DNA from: Eledone cirrhosa
Lineage: Eukaryota
Reading direction: 5' to 3'
Length of the DNA stretch: 64,000 nt
Assembly: GCA_964016885.1 (NCBI GenBank)
Contig: OZ024749.1
Coordinates: forward strand, 37,634,001 to 37,698,000
The number at the start of each line of letters is the position of its first letter. The first letter of the stretch is position 1. This document shows, piece after piece, positions 58,805 to 64,000 of the stretch. The notes below the pieces were generated by a model. It did not search any database, had not been told where the DNA came from, and saw nothing but the letters and a program-made list of their open reading frames with translations. The position numbers were made by a program, and so were the translations under genes.

Positions 58805-59384
58805 TATATACAGAGAGAGAGAGAGGGGGGGTGATAGATAGATAGATAACTATCAACTATGAACTATGCACCATTTATGCAGACAACAATAAGTCAGAAA
58901 GGAAAGAAATAAAGGAGGAAGGAGATAGTGAGGAATAGAGGAAATGAAGGGGTGAGGGAAGAGTTGTATTTGCCGTATATATATCCGCAGGTAAGAGAGA
59001 TTAATACATTAGAAGAGTTATTTAGTTGAATGCTGCTTATATATTACTGGAGGACATAGCAGCATTAAGAACATTAAGAAGCTTGCCCTGCAGCAGGATT
59101 GAAGGAGGGCTTGACACCGACAACATCGTATTACCATTGTATTTCAACATGAGCACACTGACGGGGCCACAGACGAGGTCCCCCAACACTGGAACTCCAC
59201 ACTATAGAAAGCATAGATTCCTATAGTAAAATACCTGCCGGGCCCAGCAGCTAGGGACGGCAGAAGGATTTAGAAAAAAAAAGAATAGTAGCGTAGATTT
59301 ATATATACATATATGTATACATACATGCATGCATGCATACATATACATATTTGTACATGTACATATGTGTGTATATATATATAC

Positions 59385-59478
<94 letters not shown>

Positions 59479-59570
59479 TATATATACATATATATATTTA
59501 TATATATATATATATATATATAGTTCTGTGTATATGTATATATGTATCTCTCACTCTCTCTCTCTCTCTT

Positions 59571-59672
<102 letters not shown>

Positions 59673-59982
59673 TGTGTGTGTGTGGCATATACATATATAT
59701 ATCATATATATTTATATATATATGATATATATGTATATATATATCCATATATACATGTGTGTGTTATGTGAGTGCGTGTGTGTGCGTGTTTGTGTGTGTG
59801 TATGTGTGTATGTGTGTGTTTGTGTGTATTGTTGCATATATGTAAAACGGCATGTATGAATGTGTATATATGTTTAAGCTATTCTATTCAGTACATCCCA
59901 CTCACAAAAATATCTGAAAACTAATTTCAAGTTAGAAATATATACCATCTGGTCGAAGATGAATGTTTAGTGCTAATGAGAC

Positions 59983-60031
<49 letters not shown>

Positions 60032-60437
60032 GTTCTTTAAGTCTCAGTCATTGATGTTATTTAACTGGAAAGTTTGTTGAAATGAATATTAAGCCACTAC
60101 CTGCAGCCTCAGATATTCAGGGCGTATCGGAGGGTTCTTGCTGCTCCCAGCAAGCATGCCTTTTGAATTGTTCCAAAAAGCGGGGCGGGACCAATTTTCT
60201 TTAACCATCCTTGGAAACTCTTTGAGATAGTTCCTGGTGCTCCTATGACAATCGGGACCACTTTGACTTCATGGCAGTTCCAAATCCTTTTTACCTCCCA
60301 CTTTAAGTCCTGGTATCGGTTAATTTTCTCCCTCTCTTTCTCTTGCACTCTCGTGTCGAATGGGCAGGCCACATCCACAATCAGGCACGATCTTTTTTCC
60401 TTGTCCAAAACCACCAGGTCAGGTCCATTGTGTTCCA

Positions 60438-60438
<1 letters not shown>
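60032..60438 (-). mobile_element. 5'-truncated R4/Dong-clade non-LTR retrotransposon (RLE domain + 3' UTR) inside (TAA)n
   Basis: ORF 60109-60438 (PDLVVLDK..CLIVDVACPFD...EKEREKINRYQDLKWEVKRIW...VPIVIGAPG) is a PD-(D/E)xK restriction-like endonuclease C-terminus; (TTA)n tracts lie on both sides (59983-60031, 60439-60517). Confidence 0.9.
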
Positions 60439-60520
<82 letters not shown>

Positions 60521-60732
60521 ATTGGTAGAGACGTGTTATTGTAAACTCCTGTAAGTTAGTTGTGTTCTCATATATAAGCAACAACAACGTCGACACCAGC
60601 AGCAACAGCAACAGCAACAGCAACAAACACATCAGCAATATCCGTGACAGTCGTACAACTACGACTACAACAACAACTACAAAAGCATGTTCACGGCAAT
60701 GACTGCGAAAAATATGGAGTTATTTCTTATAG

Positions 60733-60923
60733 ATTTGAGCAGGAGAGAAGAATATTTGCCCCAGACAGCAAAATTTGACACAGTGGAGAGAATCTGGGCC
60801 AAGATAAGTGTTCTGCCTGAGGTATTGGCAGCAATGGAACACAACACTGACATATACGTGTATCGGTATCAAGCCCCCAAAAGCCGGAGCTGGCTCGGAA
60901 ATTCCAAGTGGAGGCAACTCTGA
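60733..60923 (+). CDS. Candidate terminal coding exon
   Basis: Acceptor tatttcttatag; phase-1 frame (D)LSRREEYLPQTAKFDTVERIWAKISVLPEVLAAMEHNTDIYVYRYQAPKSRSWLGNSKWRQL* with non-repetitive, protein-like composition. Confidence 0.55.
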
Positions 60924-61271
60924 AGGGCTTGATGTCATACAAACAACACGTTGCAAAGGCTATACAGAAGACTCAGCAACGATTGATTATTAGTATAATG
61001 AAGATATTTAAAATATTAGGAAAATTGTTTCGTTTATGTTTCTTAGAAAGGACATAAACACATAACTACATAAGACCCAATCGTACAGACACGTGTAGCA
61101 AAGTAACAGGTACACCCATTGCTAGTGCGTGAGAATTCCCATGCATACGTTCAGATATAATGACTTTTACATAATACATAATACACACACTCACACATAC
61201 TTATTTCTATACATTCTATATGCATCTATTCATATATATACATATATAGGCATATATTCATACATACACAC

Positions 61272-61403
<132 letters not shown>

Positions 61404-61634
61404 CATACATACATACATAAATGCATACATACATACATGCGTACACGTAATTAAATAGAAAGAATGAGAAATAGATATTGGTTGATGGTGCCGGAGACGG
61501 TAGATGGTGGTGGTGGTGGTGCTATTGGAGGGGCTGGTGGTAGTGGTTGCGGTATTCGTGATGGTGGTGATGATGATGGTGGATGGTAATGGTGGACAAA
61601 GGAGTATGTTGATGAATGCTGGTGGAGGATAAGA

Positions 61635-61703
<69 letters not shown>

Positions 61704-61976
61704 TGTGTCTGTGTGTGTGTGTCTGTGTGTCTGTCTGTGTGCGCGTGTGTGTGTAAGTGTGGTGTGTGTATAAGATGATGGTGTGAAAATAGTGAGACGT
61801 TAACAAAGGTAATTTGTATAACTATGTTAGTTGGTTGATAGAGAAGGCATCTGGGTACAGAGATGGAAGTGTGAAGCAAATAATACGGTTTCGAATTGCT
61901 GTCATGCACTTTCCTGCTTTCTCTTCCCTCAGTACTCTTGAATCAAATTACACTCCCTTGTTATACATGTATATGA

Positions 61977-62728
<752 letters not shown>

Positions 62729-62976
62729 AGTATGTAGGTATGTATGTTCGTATGAAGGTAAGTAATGGAGGCACGTGGTCTAGAATTTATGGTGTCGTAG
62801 ACATCATATTTGTTCTGTTTTTTTTTCTTTCTGAAATAATCAACAGAGTCAATTTCCACAAATTGGTTCCTTTGCGAGAAAAAACTGCCAATAGAGAGCA
62901 ATTATGTGCGTGTATGTGTGTATATATATATATAAACAGATGTGAGAAAAACCACAGACCCTCCATCTCAACTCTA

Positions 62977-63012
62977 CTTTTGAAAAGCAGAAGAACTGCG
63001 AAACCGGTAAAG
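62977..63012 (+). ncRNA. Degenerate minimal hammerhead motif between TA tracts
   Basis: ctt-TTGAAAA-gcag-aagaa-ctgc-GAAA-CCGG-TA-aag; palindromic stem III ACCGGT; two core mismatches. Confidence 0.5.
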
Positions 63013-63086
63013 GAACCAAATAAATATATATATATTTTTTAAAAATAAGACTCCAGTTGCATTTTCGATTTCATCTTTTTTTCTTT

Positions 63087-63161
<75 letters not shown>

Positions 63162-63585
63162 ATGTATATATATATATATATACAATATATATACACATAT
63201 ATATATATAAATATACACATATATATATATACATATATATATATATACATATATATATATACACACACATATATATATACACATATACCTTTATATATAT
63301 ATATAGAAAGGTATATGTATGTATGTTTATATCTATCAGTATTTGTTTATATTGTATATCCGTCGTTGTTTATATTCAGTGTAATGTGTTTGTTGTTTCA
63401 ATAATTTATGTCTGCTGCTGTGGTTAGTGAAGGTTTGTGTAGGTTTTGTGATGGTCTTCTGGTGGTTTTGTGGTGGTTTTTGTGATAATTTCTTGTTGTC
63501 CTTAGCGACCGTCTATCATATCAGTTTAAGTGATGAACGTGGAATTTCGTCTGATTAGTCATATAGGTGTGCTGCTTCTATGCAT

Positions 63586-63620
<35 letters not shown>

Positions 63621-63621
<1 letters not shown>

Positions 63622-63759
63622 AAATTTTATTTTTTGTTATATTTTATTTTGTTTTTATATATTGTTATTGCCTCCTCCTTATTGAGGACGCCTTGTTTTG
63701 TAAACTCCCCCCATTGTACTTGTCCCACTTTTGATGCCCTGGTGGCAAATAAAAGAAAC
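63621..63759 (+). mobile_element. 3' end of a non-LTR retroelement inside (TATC)n
   Basis: T-rich UTR ending gccctggtggcaaataaaagaaa with an AATAAA signal, (TATC)n on both sides; homologous to 16355-16395. Confidence 0.65.
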
Positions 63760-63760
63760 A

Positions 63761-63859
<99 letters not shown>

Positions 63860-64000
63860 TATCTATTATCTATTATCTATTGCCCAATCTCTCTCTCTAT
63901 ATATACAAATATATACATACCATCTCTCTATCAGTGTATCTATATATATATATGTCTGTGTATGTGTGCGTGTGCATTTGTGTGTGTATGTGTGTGTGTT

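Overview
This is a 64-kb, AT-rich eukaryotic window saturated with microsatellites: (TA)n, (CA)n, (GTT)n, (CTTT)n, (GGT)n, (TATC)n and (TGTA)n. The SINE families and microsatellite load resemble an octopus/coleoid cephalopod genome (inference from recalled SINE sequences, not verified). Almost all ORFs in the track are simple-repeat artefacts. The supportable content is: (i) about 20 full or partial copies of a tRNA-headed SINE, two other SINE families, and a 146-bp tandem array derived from the main SINE; (ii) hAT MITEs, one with a perfect 8-bp TSD; (iii) two fragments of R4/Dong-like retrotransposons with a restriction-like endonuclease, one inside a (TAA)n tract; (iv) a ~600-bp non-coding retroelement in (TGTA)n with a possible HDV-like ribozyme at its 5' end; (v) the main signal, several unrelated short elements inserted in (TA)n tracts that carry type-I/minimal hammerhead-ribozyme motifs and are often arranged as inverted repeats or perfect palindromes, as expected for Penelope-like pseudo-LTRs or retrozymes; and (vi) three phase-compatible + strand exons (52962-53095, 57688-57766, 60733-60923) forming the C-terminus of an unidentified protein. 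All coordinates were read by eye and may be off by a few bases.
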